Assembly (NCBI GenBank): GCA_963662585.1
Contig: OY759729.1
Span: 3,168,001-3,232,000, forward strand
Length of the DNA stretch: 64,000 nucleotides
Reading direction: 5' to 3'
From: Candidatus Cloacimonadales bacterium
Lineage (GTDB): Bacteria; Cloacimonadota; Cloacimonadia; Cloacimonadales; JAFGVF01
Both the position numbers and the translations under genes were made by a program. Below the pieces are notes generated by a model. The model saw nothing but the letters and a program-made list of their open reading frames with translations, was not told the origin of the DNA and did not search any database. This document shows positions 9,955 through 19,047 of this stretch, piece after piece (the stretch's first letter is position 1; each line of letters opens with the position of its first letter).

Positions 9955-10797
9955 ATGGAAAATAAAAAGAAAGAAGAAGATGCTCTCAAAGAGACTCAAT
10001 ACCAAGATAATCTCTCAAGAATAAAGAATCGTATTGTTGTAATTAGTGGTAAAGGTGGAGTTGGGAAATCAACTACTGCTGTTAACCTTGCTTATGGCTT
10101 AGCTTTCTCAGGTAAGAAAGTAGGTATTATAGATGTTGATGTGCACGGACCTTCCATCGCTAAAATGATGGGCATTGAAGGTAAATTACTTCAAGCTGAT
10201 CCAAAAACTGGCAGACCAGTTCCGATAAAAGTTCATGATAATATGTTTGTTTTGACTATTGCTACTTTAATGCCAAATTCCGATGATCCTCTAATCTGGA
10301 GAGGACCTCTAAAAATGGGTATTATTAAGCAATTCTTGCAAGACATAGAATGGCCAGAGATTGATTATTTAGTCGTAGATTGCCCTCCTGGTACTGGTGA
10401 TGAACCACTTTCTATTATTCAATTATTAGGTAATGTAAATGGTTCTGTAATTGTTTCTACTCCTCAAGATGTTGCATTCTTGGATGCGAGAAAGACAATT
10501 AAATTCTCTGAAAAAATGGGCGTTCCAATCTTAGGGTTGATAGAAAACATGGCATCCTTTGTTTGTCCTCACTGTGGTGAAGCAATTGATTTATTCACAG
10601 GAGAAGGGGCTGTAAAAGCTGCTGCAGATTTTGGGGTTGAGATCTTAGGACATATTCCTGTCGATTTAAATATCCCTAAAACTACAGATCAAGGAAGACC
10701 ATACATTTACGACTTCGGTAAAACTGTAGGGGCTAAAGAATTCACTAAAGTTGTGCACAGAATTATCGAAAAAGTAGAGAATGTTAAAGTAAACTAG
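9955..10797 (+). CDS. mrp: Mrp/NBP35 family Fe-S cluster carrier ATPase
   Basis: SGKGGVGKST, DVDVHGPS, WRGP, DCPPGTGD, ENMASFVCPHCG. Confidence 0.95.
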   Translation: MENKKKEEDALKETQYQDNLSRIKNRIVVISGKGGVGKSTTAVNLAYGLAFSGKKVGIIDVDVHGPSIAKMMGIEGKLLQADPKTGRPVPIKVHDNMFVLTIATLMPNSDDPLIWRGPLKMGIIKQFLQDIEWPEIDYLVVDCPPGTGDEPLSIIQLLGNVNGSVIVSTPQDVAFLDARKTIKFSEKMGVPILGLIENMASFVCPHCGEAIDLFTGEGAVKAAADFGVEILGHIPVDLNIPKTTDQGRPYIYDFGKTVGAKEFTKVVHRIIEKVENVKVN

Positions 10798-10816
10798 AAA
10801 AATGTTATAAATAAAT

Positions 10817-10852
10817 TAGAGGCGTAATTACATATTGCGTCTCTATTTTTTT
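10817..10852 (+). terminator. Intrinsic terminator
   Basis: TAGAGGCGTAAT-tacat-ATTGCGTCTCTA followed by T tract. Confidence 0.7.
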
Positions 10853-10871
10853 AAGATGAAAAGGAAAACTG

Positions 10872-12119
10872 ATGTTGTATGATGTAATTATTGTGGGGGC
10901 TGGAGCTGCTGGAATGATTTGTGGCGGATATATTGCTCAAAGTGGATTGAATGTGCTTATTATTGAAAAGAAAGATAATCCTGGACTTAAATTAAGAATT
11001 ACAGGGAAAGGCAGATGTAATATAACTAATAAATCTTCACTTAAAGAGCATTTGGATAATATTCAGCCCAAAGCAAAATTCTTAAAAAGTGCTTATAATA
11101 AGTTTTTTGTAGATGACACAATTGCTTTTTTTGAATCTCAAGGTGTGGCTGTCAAAGAAGAGAGAGGAGCGAGAATCTTTCCTGTCTCTGATAATGCTCA
11201 AGATGTTGTGAATGCTTTACATAAATTTTGCCTTAATAACAATGCTTCTTTCAAGCTAAATACTACTATTTCAAGCATTACAAGTCTTGCAGATAAGTTT
11301 ATTCTAAGTGATGCTAATGATAAGCTATATGAATGTAAATCATTGGTTATCGCTACTGGTGGTTGCTCTTACCCAGTTACCGGTTCAACAGGAGATGGAC
11401 AAAGATTTGCTAAGGTTTTGGGACACACTATTAATGAATTAAAACCAGGTTTAGTGCCTTTCAATACTAAAGGTGATTTAGCCCAGAGAATGCAAGGTGT
11501 TTCCTTAAAGAATGTTACTGCTTCTCTTTGGCACAATAACAAAAAGCTAGTAGAAGAGTTTGGGGAAATGATGTTTACTCATTTTGGAGTAACAGGTCCA
11601 ATTATTCTTTCTTTAAGCAATAAAGTTGCTGATTTACCAGTTAATGATTTAGAACTCAGAATTGATTTAAAACCAGCCTTAGACCATAATAAACTTGATG
11701 AAAGAATCTTAAGAGATTTTAATGAGCATGGTAAAAAGAAATTTGAATCTATCTTAAAGTTACTTCTACCCAATAAAATGATTGCGGTTTGCGCTGAAGA
11801 AATCAAAATTCCTCTTGATACAATAGTTAATCAAATAACAGCCAACCAGAGAAAAACTCTTAGATTATGGTTAAAAAATCTTTCACTTCCTCTTCAATCC
11901 CTTAGATCATTTAAAGAGGCAATTATAACTATTGGAGGAGTTTCCACTAATGAAGTTGATAAAAATAGCTTTGAATCAAAAGTAATCTCTAATCTGTATT
12001 TCTGTGGTGAAGTATTAGATCTTCATGCTAATACAGGGGGATTTAATCTGCAGATAGCTTTTTCAACAGGTTACTGTGTTGCAAAGGCTATTGAGGCTAA
12101 ACTTACGAAATTTAATTAG
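10872..12119 (+). CDS. HI0933/BaiN family NAD(P)/FAD-dependent flavoprotein
   Basis: GAGAAG, KLRITGKGRCNITN, ATGGCSYPVTGSTGDG, FTHFGVTGP, GEVLD...TGGFNLQIAFSTG. Confidence 0.93.
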   Translation: MLYDVIIVGAGAAGMICGGYIAQSGLNVLIIEKKDNPGLKLRITGKGRCNITNKSSLKEHLDNIQPKAKFLKSAYNKFFVDDTIAFFESQGVAVKEERGARIFPVSDNAQDVVNALHKFCLNNNASFKLNTTISSITSLADKFILSDANDKLYECKSLVIATGGCSYPVTGSTGDGQRFAKVLGHTINELKPGLVPFNTKGDLAQRMQGVSLKNVTASLWHNNKKLVEEFGEMMFTHFGVTGPIILSLSNKVADLPVNDLELRIDLKPALDHNKLDERILRDFNEHGKKKFESILKLLLPNKMIAVCAEEIKIPLDTIVNQITANQRKTLRLWLKNLSLPLQSLRSFKEAIITIGGVSTNEVDKNSFESKVISNLYFCGEVLDLHANTGGFNLQIAFSTGYCVAKAIEAKLTKFN

Positions 12120-12170
12120 ATTTTAATTCATTTATTAGTAATAATTCCCTAGATTTTAACTGAGTCATCC

Positions 12171-12234
12171 TTACTCCTTCACACTGAAATCAATAATTCT
12201 TTGAATTTTTTTCCTGATGAGAATGGAGTAGCAG
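12171..12234 (+). repeat. 64-bp dispersed quasi-palindromic element, copy E1
   Basis: Aligns without gaps to 39005-39068 (minus) and 58341-58404; 34 of 64 columns invariant across the three copies (manual count). Confidence 0.75.
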
Positions 12235-12302
12235 TTATCGAGTAGTTGATTAAGCTGGGAGAAAGACTGAGAATTAAAGAGACTGAGTTTTAGAGCTAAT
12301 GT

Positions 12303-12556
12303 CAAGAAACCACTCCTATGGAGCGAAGAAGATGTTCTTGGCGTGATCTATGTCTACCAAGAAATCACTCCTATGGAGCGAAGAAGATTATTTTGGTGTA
12401 ATCTATGTCTACCAAGAGACCACTCCTATGGAGCGAAGAAGATGTTTATCTTGTTAATCTTGGGATGCCAAGAGGTCTTTTCAGCAAGCTCCAGAGGAGC
12501 TATTTCTTTGTAGAACTAAGGTTGTCTCTAGAAAGAATTCGCTCCGTAGGTGCGAA
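12303..12556. repeat. REP/BIME-like cluster: three tandem 55-bp units plus two inverted copies
   Basis: CAAGARAYCACTCCTATGGAGCGAAGAAGAT at 12303, 12358, 12413; opposite-strand GCTCCAGAGGAGCTATTTCTTTGTAG (12488) and TTCGCTCCGTAGGTGCGAA (12538). Confidence 0.8.
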
Positions 12557-12580
12557 CAGAGGTTAATTTAAATGACAATA

Positions 12581-12614
12581 AAAAAAAGACTGAGGAAAAA
12601 ATCTCAGCCTTTTC
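12581..12614. terminator. Bidirectional-type terminator after CoA-transferase genes
   Basis: AAAAGACTGAG-gaaaaaat-CTCAGCCTTTT. Confidence 0.65.
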
Positions 12615-12637
12615 TTACAATATTTATAAGTAATTAT

Positions 12638-13309
12638 TTAAACATCAAATTCTTTAATATTATCGGCAAGTATTAAATCTGCTTCAGTGTGAGCTAGCAC
12701 TTCTTCAACAGTTAAACCTGCTGCAATTTCTTCTAAAACTGCACCTTGTTCAGTAATTCTGATAAAGGCCATATCAGTAACAATGAGAGTAACTTTACCC
12801 TTGGCAGTAAGAGGAAGAGTACACTCTTTAAGAATCTTGGAATTTCCATGTTTATCGCAATGTTCCATTGCAACTACAACATTCTTAGCACCTGTTACTA
12901 AATCCATAGCACCACCCATTCCAGGAACCATTTTACCAGGAATCATCCAGTTTGCTAAGTTACCTTGACCATCAACTTGTAAAGCGCCGAGAACAGTCAT
13001 ATTTAGATGACCACCTCTAATAATAGCAAAACTTGTAGCAGAATCAAAATAACAAGCACCAGGCAAGGCTGTAATATGTCCACCACCTGCATTGATTAAA
13101 TCTTCATCTTGGTTTTCAGGAGCTGGAGCAGGACCTACACCCATGATACCATTTTCGCTTTGGAAGTGTACTGTTATGCCCTCAGGGATGAAATTGGCAA
13201 CTAAGGTAGGAAGACCAATTCCTAAATTAACAAAGTCACCATCGTGCATTTCTTGAGCGATTCTATTGGCTATAAGAGCTCTTTTGTAATTTTTATCATT
13301 TCTATCCAT
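12638..13309 (-). CDS. 3-oxoacid/acetoacetate CoA-transferase subunit B
   Basis: VNLGIGLPT, SENG (catalytic Glu), IRGGH, LGALQV, PGMGGAMDL. Confidence 0.93.
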   Translation of the reverse strand: MDRNDKNYKRALIANRIAQEMHDGDFVNLGIGLPTLVANFIPEGITVHFQSENGIMGVGPAPAPENQDEDLINAGGGHITALPGACYFDSATSFAIIRGGHLNMTVLGALQVDGQGNLANWMIPGKMVPGMGGAMDLVTGAKNVVVAMEHCDKHGNSKILKECTLPLTAKGKVTLIVTDMAFIRITEQGAVLEEIAAGLTVEEVLAHTEADLILADNIKEFDV

Positions 13310-13962
13310 TATGCCTCCCTTTTTACTAAGTAATCAACAAAGACACCTGGGGTAACTATCTCTTCAGCAGATAAGTGGCCAGCTTCAACGATTTCATCTA
13401 CTTCAGCAATTGTGATTTTTCCTGCCATAGCCATAATAGGATTACTGTTTCTAGCTGTCTTGTTATAAATAAGATTACCTAATGTATCAGCTTTAAAAGC
13501 TCTAACTAAGGCATAATCTGCATTAATAGGTTTCTCTAAAATATATAGCTTACCTTCTGATTCAATTACAGCTTTACCTTCTTGAGCAAGAGTTCCTAAA
13601 CCTGTTTGAGTAAGAATTCCACCTAATCCAGCACCGGCAGCTCTAACTCTTTCCATTAGGGTTCCTTGAGGAACTAATTCAATATCCATAAAACCAGCAT
13701 TCATTTGAGCTTGAATTTCTCTATTTGTACCTAAATGAGAAACTTGTGCTGATTTCAATTGTTTGTTAGCAACTAACTTGCCAATTCCTCTATTTTCATA
13801 ATCAGAAGCGATAACAATTGCGTGTAAGTCTTTTACATTGGTTTTCACTAATTCATCAATTATTGTTTCTGGGGCACCAACCGCTAGGAATCCACCAATC
13901 ATAAGTCTATCATTGGGTTTTATCATCTCAGCAGCTTGTTTAGAAGTAATAACTTTTGCCAT
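13309..13962 (-). CDS. 3-oxoacid/acetoacetate CoA-transferase subunit A
   Basis: MIGGF, PQGTLMERVRAAGAG, KADTLGNL, ARNSNP, IVTPGVFVD. Confidence 0.93.
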   Translation of the reverse strand: MAKVITSKQAAEMIKPNDRLMIGGFLAVGAPETIIDELVKTNVKDLHAIVIASDYENRGIGKLVANKQLKSAQVSHLGTNREIQAQMNAGFMDIELVPQGTLMERVRAAGAGLGGILTQTGLGTLAQEGKAVIESEGKLYILEKPINADYALVRAFKADTLGNLIYNKTARNSNPIMAMAGKITIAEVDEIVEAGHLSAEEIVTPGVFVDYLVKREA

Positions 13963-14306
13963 TTTGACTCCTATTATAATGATTTTTTGCTACTTAAATC
14001 GTTTTGGGTAAATTAGTCAATGAAAATCTTATTTGCTGGCTTTAAAAAGTAAGAAAGTCCTAGCAAGAAAACACAAGATGTAAGCTTATAATGTTTATAA
14101 TTACATAAATTAGTTTTTTATAAGCTTAACAGAAAATTATGGTAAAAGAATTTACCAATGAAAGATAAAAATATATCTATTTTATCTCTAGCAAAATTTA
14201 GGAGAAAAGCTGAATTAAAAGGCTTTAGATTATCACTTGTTTACGATTATAATAAATAAAAATATTGTCAATATTAAGCTATGTTAAAAAAAAATATTTT
14301 AAATAC

Positions 14307-14336
14307 TTGACAACCAATTTAGCAAAGTGTTATTTT
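14307..14336 (+). promoter_or_regulatory. Putative sigma70 promoter
   Basis: TTGACA - 18 bp - TATTTT with TG upstream of the -10. Confidence 0.4.
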
Positions 14337-14391
14337 GAAATTGATATATCTATATAATGTTAACTCTAAAAATAATAAAAGGGGTAGGGAA

Positions 14392-16809
14392 ATGCGAAAG
14401 ATTATTATTACTTTGTTATTGCTATTGAATTTGAGTTTATATGGCTTATTAACTGTTAGTGAATTTGGAGGATTTACTCCCTATATGCATATCCAAGATG
14501 CAATTGATGATGCTACAGTGAATGACACTATATTAGTTTATCCTGGTACTTATTATGGAAATTTAGATATTAGTTATGCCAGAAATTTACATATCATCTC
14601 TTTAGAAGCAATTGAGCATGATTCGACATATATTTCTCAAACTATTATAAATGGGTCTCATGAATTTGGCTCAGTAATTCACATTTCTCACAATCTAGCT
14701 GGATGTAGGATTCAAGGTTTTACTATCACTGGAGGCTCTTATAGTAATAATCCCGATATTGAAGTTTTTCAGGGAGGAGGATTATTTGTTGAAAAAGGAC
14801 ATGTTTCTCTCATCAATTCTGTCGTGGAGTATAATCATGCACATTACGGGGGTGGGATTTCAATAATTCCAGGAGGATCATTAATACTTGCAGGTACTAC
14901 AATTAGAAATAATGTTGCTTTTGCTAGGGGTGGGGGAATTAACATTCAAAGTATCTCTTCTGAAGTTGATGGACCTTCAATAATCTTTGATTCAGTAAAT
15001 CGTTCTTCAATCTATGATAATTGTTCGAGCTTAGGTATTGATATTTACTTCTCAAATAATGAAGAAGAAAACTGTCAACTATATCTAGATAAGTTCACAG
15101 TAATGAACCCAAGTAGATATTATATTGATCATTCCTCTTCGGCACCTGGAAACGATCCGATGGATGGTCTAACACCATTTAGTTTAATTAATATTCAAGA
15201 GGGAATTCATCAACTAATTGATGCAGATCTTTATGTATCTAATGAGGGAAATGATGCTAATAGTGGGTTAACTCCAGACGAGCCTCTTAAAACAGCTTTT
15301 AAAGCATTTCAACTTATAAACAGCAATCCTACTAATCCTAAAACTGTACATCTTGCAGCAGGGGAATATCAAAGCACTGCTCATGGCCTAGATAATGTCC
15401 CTATCGCCTTAAAGAGTTATACTTCCATAGAAGGGGTTTCTCCGGAGGAAACAAGTATCATTTTTAATGGTAAAATGGAATATGGTAAAGTCGGGATTAT
15501 TAACTGTTCAAGCAAATTTACAGATGATATTGCAATAAAGAATCTCACTCTAACAAATACCAATGGATCAGTAATTTCTTCTTCTCGAACATCGAATGTT
15601 AACTTAGAAAATTTAATCCTCGAAAATTCTTATGGTGTCAGTGATCCAGTATTGTATTTGAAAACTTGGGGAGATGATACGAATGTTGTAATGAATAATA
15701 TCACTATTAGGAATAATACAACGAATGGTCAAACATATACAGTTGGTGAGATCTCTGCAAGTAATATATTTATGAACAATATAATAATTGATAATAATCA
15801 TAATGATTTCGATTTTGATAGCTATTTTGGCATTGTAGAAATAAGCCATAGTGATAGGCTAGTGATAAAGAACTTTAAGTTTATCAATAATAGATGTCAA
15901 TCTTTTCACTGTGATCATGAAATGAGAATAATGAGCAGTACGGATGGAGCTGGTGCAGATGTCATTATTGATAATATGCTTTTTGCAAACAACTATATGA
16001 GAGGACAATATGGAACAAGTTTAGTAGTGTTATCGGGTAATATTATTATGAATAATAGCACTATAGCTAATAATTGTTCTTCTTCGGATTATAGTATGGT
16101 CGTCGGCTCGACAGAGGGTACAAAAATACTGAATTCTATTATTGCAAACAATGAAGAGCCAAGTGCAATATACAGTAATAGTATAGTAAGCGTTGAGAAT
16201 ATTCTTTTTAATCTTCAAATGGCTAACCTATTTTGGGGCTACTCAAATTTAGTGGTTATAGGGGCTGATAATCTTTTCAATACAGACCCATTGTTTGTTC
16301 AGGGGGATCCAGAAGATGCATCTTACTATCAGTTAAGATATAGCGAAATTGATGGTTATTCACCAGCTGTAGATTCAGGAACAGAAAGCTTTGATTTCAT
16401 GCCAGATTGGTATGAGTTAAGTGAATATGATTTAAATGGAAATCCTAGGATATCAGGTGAAAGAATCGATTTAGGTTGCTTTGAATATCAGTTCCCTACT
16501 GATAATAATGATAGTGAAATTCTAAATAATGAAAAATTGACCTCGGTTAACTACCCTAACCCATTCAATCCAGAAACCACAATAGAATTTAATAATCCAC
16601 TTCAGGGTCAAGTGAACATTAATATCTATAACTTAAAAGGACAACTGGTTAAAAATCTATTAGAAGATAATTTAAAGCAAGGAGTGCATAAAGTTATCTG
16701 GCAGGGAAGAGATAGTAATGATAAGCAAGTCGCAAGTGGTGTTTATTTTTACAAAATCTCAAGTGGGAATAAGCAAAGTGTAATCAAGAAAATTATCTTG
16801 TTAAAATAA
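14392..16809 (+). CDS. Secreted right-handed beta-helix (DUF1565-like) protein with T9SS-type/FlgD-Ig C-terminal domain
   Basis: Signal peptide MRKIIITLLLLLNLSLYG (start moved to ATG 14392); IQDAID..DTILVYPGTY; YVSNEGNDANSGLTPDEPLKT; SPAVDSG..DLNGNPRISGERIDLGCFE; NYPNPFNPET...KKIILLK. Confidence 0.85.
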   Translation: MRKIIITLLLLLNLSLYGLLTVSEFGGFTPYMHIQDAIDDATVNDTILVYPGTYYGNLDISYARNLHIISLEAIEHDSTYISQTIINGSHEFGSVIHISHNLAGCRIQGFTITGGSYSNNPDIEVFQGGGLFVEKGHVSLINSVVEYNHAHYGGGISIIPGGSLILAGTTIRNNVAFARGGGINIQSISSEVDGPSIIFDSVNRSSIYDNCSSLGIDIYFSNNEEENCQLYLDKFTVMNPSRYYIDHSSSAPGNDPMDGLTPFSLINIQEGIHQLIDADLYVSNEGNDANSGLTPDEPLKTAFKAFQLINSNPTNPKTVHLAAGEYQSTAHGLDNVPIALKSYTSIEGVSPEETSIIFNGKMEYGKVGIINCSSKFTDDIAIKNLTLTNTNGSVISSSRTSNVNLENLILENSYGVSDPVLYLKTWGDDTNVVMNNITIRNNTTNGQTYTVGEISASNIFMNNIIIDNNHNDFDFDSYFGIVEISHSDRLVIKNFKFINNRCQSFHCDHEMRIMSSTDGAGADVIIDNMLFANNYMRGQYGTSLVVLSGNIIMNNSTIANNCSSSDYSMVVGSTEGTKILNSIIANNEEPSAIYSNSIVSVENILFNLQMANLFWGYSNLVVIGADNLFNTDPLFVQGDPEDASYYQLRYSEIDGYSPAVDSGTESFDFMPDWYELSEYDLNGNPRISGERIDLGCFEYQFPTDNNDSEILNNEKLTSVNYPNPFNPETTIEFNNPLQGQVNINIYNLKGQLVKNLLEDNLKQGVHKVIWQGRDSNDKQVASGVYFYKISSGNKQSVIKKIILLK

Positions 16810-17112
16810 TTTGAAACACCCCCTGTGTCCCCCTCACGGAGGGGGATTGTATGGTGGGAAACAACACTGTCGCTGCCACCGCTCTTTTAGCGTACCTTCA
16901 GCACTAAAGCGGGGAGTTTAAGATTCACGGACTAAAGGTCCGTAACCCCAGTTAATGGAAGCAGGGACGCTTCCATTCCATAGGAAAACACCCCCTATTT
17001 CCCCCTCACGGAGGGGGATGTACCCTCGCTGAGGGGGATTTAGGAAGAAACACCCCGTCTTCTTCGCTGCCACCACTCTTTAAAACACTGCATTGCAATG
17101 ATGAGGGGAATT
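16547..17112 (+). repeat. Direct repeat copy 1: CTD-coding segment plus GC-rich mosaic of palindromes
   Basis: Near-identical to 21191-21724 (offset about 4644). Confidence 0.9.
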
Positions 17113-17346
17113 ATTATTACCTGAGTTTGAATAAATCTATTAAAAATCTTTTTTTTGTAAAGAGATACCAAAAATCAGAGAAGATGACTATGTAAATACT
17201 TTGAACCCTTGAGGACGACAATATGCAAGATTAATTATTGCTCAAGAATTCAGACTCAAATGTTTTTATACTAGTGGGGAATGCTTGTTTTGAAAGGTCC
17301 ATGTTCTGCATCAAGCTCGCTTTAACAAAACCCCTAATCTCCTTAA

Positions 17347-18297
17347 TCAATTACTAAAATCATCTTCAGTTTGGATCACCCTACCAATCCCTTTCTTCTC
17401 AATTTCATCAATTGACCCTAGTTTCTTATTATATAGTCCTTTTCCATTAAGTAGCTCTTTTTCCGAATTCTTAGGGTCCACATATCTTTTATCTAAGATA
17501 AGAACTCTTTTGGGGAATATAGGCATTTCCAGAACTTGAATATTTCCTGAATCAGTAATGGTAAATTTAATATTAAATATTTTTATCTGATTTTCTAAAT
17601 CCAAGTATCCAATAATAATCTGATAAATTTTATCATCGATTACTTTAATTTTGCATGTCTCATAGGATTTAATTTGAATTTTATTGATTGAATCATGAAT
17701 AATCGCATCTTTGCAATATTTTGTCATTGAGGAAAAATCACTCTTATCTAAGGCTTTTATTAATGTATTAATGAAGTTATTTATCTTTTTTGTTAGTTTT
17801 GTAGTAGGTATAGGGTTAAAATAGATAACATCGCTACCGACCAAATGAAACAGTTTGATCTCGTTTTCTAAAGAGTATATTTTTCGTTTAAGTTGTTGTG
17901 TCTTAATCTTGAAATCTTGAGCTAATTTTGATATAGGCACATTATCTTTATAGTATTTCTTTAATAATTTTTTATCTGACACTGAAATAAAATCATAAGC
18001 ATTAATATCTAATTCATCCATTGTATGACTTTGGTTAAAGGCGATATTTTGACTTAGCTCCAAAGGATCTACTAGTAATTCATTATCTTTACTTTTCTTT
18101 CTATGAAAATCCATACAAAGATTACGAATAACAACAAAAAACCAGCTGTCTATTTTTGTCTTATTAATTTTATCATAGTTTAAGTATAACTGAATGGAAG
18201 ATAATTGAGCAATATCTTCAGCAATATCAATATCTTTTACATATTTAAGAGCTATAAATTTAGCCTTTTCAAAGGCAATATTAATTATTTCATCCAT
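17347..18297 (-). CDS. ECF-type sigma-70 factor with C-terminal SnoaL/NTF2-like extension
   Basis: Region 2 DIAEDIAQ...SWFFVVIRNLCMDFHRK; region 4-like HTH ISKLAQDFKIKTQQLKRKIYSL; C-terminal domain starts INNFINTLIKALDKSDFSSMTKYCKDAIIHD; RBS AAGGGA. Confidence 0.75.
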   Translation of the reverse strand: MDEIINIAFEKAKFIALKYVKDIDIAEDIAQLSSIQLYLNYDKINKTKIDSWFFVVIRNLCMDFHRKKSKDNELLVDPLELSQNIAFNQSHTMDELDINAYDFISVSDKKLLKKYYKDNVPISKLAQDFKIKTQQLKRKIYSLENEIKLFHLVGSDVIYFNPIPTTKLTKKINNFINTLIKALDKSDFSSMTKYCKDAIIHDSINKIQIKSYETCKIKVIDDKIYQIIIGYLDLENQIKIFNIKFTITDSGNIQVLEMPIFPKRVLILDKRYVDPKNSEKELLNGKGLYNKKLGSIDEIEKKGIGRVIQTEDDFSN

Positions 18298-18347
18298 TTC
18301 GCTGTCCCTTCCTAAAATTATGTGGGATTGAGAGTTATGCTAGTCTA

Positions 18348-18375
18348 GGAACTTTTATTGCCTTTTTTTCGTCTA
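18348..18375 (+). promoter_or_regulatory. ECF sigma-type promoter
   Basis: GGAACTT (18348-18354) - 16 bp - GTCTA (18371-18375), 21 bp before ATG 18397. Confidence 0.7.
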
Positions 18376-18396
18376 TATTATAGAGAGGTAAAAAAA

Positions 18397-18564
18397 ATGA
18401 AAATAAAAGTATTAATTATTATTGTATTATTATTTTGTTATCCGCTAATAAGTCAAGAATTTTATCAGGGTTTTAGAGTTGTAACCTGGGAAGAGCTTGA
18501 AGGCCTTGATTATATTATCCTGTCAGATGATGATGATATCACTATAATTAAATTGAAAGTATGA
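18397..18564 (+). CDS. Small secreted/membrane peptide (55 aa)
   Basis: RBS GAGG; MKIKVLIIIVLLFCYPLISQ signal-like N-terminus; acidic mature part ending DDDDITIIKLKV. Confidence 0.65.
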   Translation: MKIKVLIIIVLLFCYPLISQEFYQGFRVVTWEELEGLDYIILSDDDDITIIKLKV

Positions 18565-18680
18565 TGCCTAGATGTGGATGCGAATAACTTACCTTCTCAG
18601 AATATTTTAAAGAAGTAAATTATTGACTAATGTGGAAATTTAGTGTTTTTTGAAAATCTTTAGAAGGGGAAGGACTAATT

Positions 18681-18884
18681 ATGAAAAAGCTAATTATAAT
18701 TGTGTTATTCTTATGTATAATACAAGCTGTATACTATAATCTAGAAACTCAAGCAGTCCAACTACAGAACTTTATTGATCCTATCGCTGGCAAGGAAGAG
18801 ATAGTAATGATATGCAAGTTACAAGTGGTGTTTATTTCTATAAAATCCAAAGTGGAAATAACAAGTCTGTTACCAAGAAAATAA
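18681..18884 (+). CDS. Small secreted/membrane peptide (67 aa)
   Basis: RBS GGGGAAGGA; MKKLIIIVLFLCIIQA signal-like N-terminus; EEIVMICKLQV resembles the end of the upstream peptide. Confidence 0.6.
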   Translation: MKKLIIIVLFLCIIQAVYYNLETQAVQLQNFIDPIAGKEEIVMICKLQVVFISIKSKVEITSLLPRK

Positions 18885-18955
18885 TATTGATGAAATAATT
18901 TCTTGCTTTGCAAGAGCGAAAAAATAAAAATGAAAAGTGAAAAATAGAATTGTGA

Positions 18956-18990
18956 GGGTGGGTGAAAAAAGCCCACCCAAGCAATTACTT
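18956..18990 (+). terminator. GC-rich hairpin between peptide genes and the second beta-helix gene
   Basis: GGGTGGGT-gaaaaaa-GCCCACCC; no immediate U tract. Confidence 0.4.
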
Positions 18991-19047
18991 TCTTACTTAC
19001 TTGAAAGGAAATGTTAAAGAATAATCTTTTACGCAAAGGATAGATAC

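Noticed and set aside
12171..12234. Hammerhead ribozyme (CTGATGAG at 12214 and an upstream GAAA)
   Set aside because: Stems I and III cannot be formed with the required adjacency; the segment is explained by the 64-bp element.
12303..12470. CRISPR array
   Set aside because: Only three units, linkers are homologous to each other, inverted copies are adjacent, and there are no cas genes; REP-like is the better reading.
14335..14391. Upstream TTG/GTG starts given by the ORF track (also 8534, 18358, 24565, 32386, 41013, 46436, 59107)
   Set aside because: Downstream ATGs have better RBS spacing and give proper signal peptides or family N-termini.
17120..17340. Structured ncRNA (6S-like) or pseudogene; 11-bp imperfect inverted repeat TGAGTTTGAAT/ATTCAGACTCA
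   Set aside because: Could not build an extended rod structure or recognise a protein family by eye; needs Infernal/blastx.
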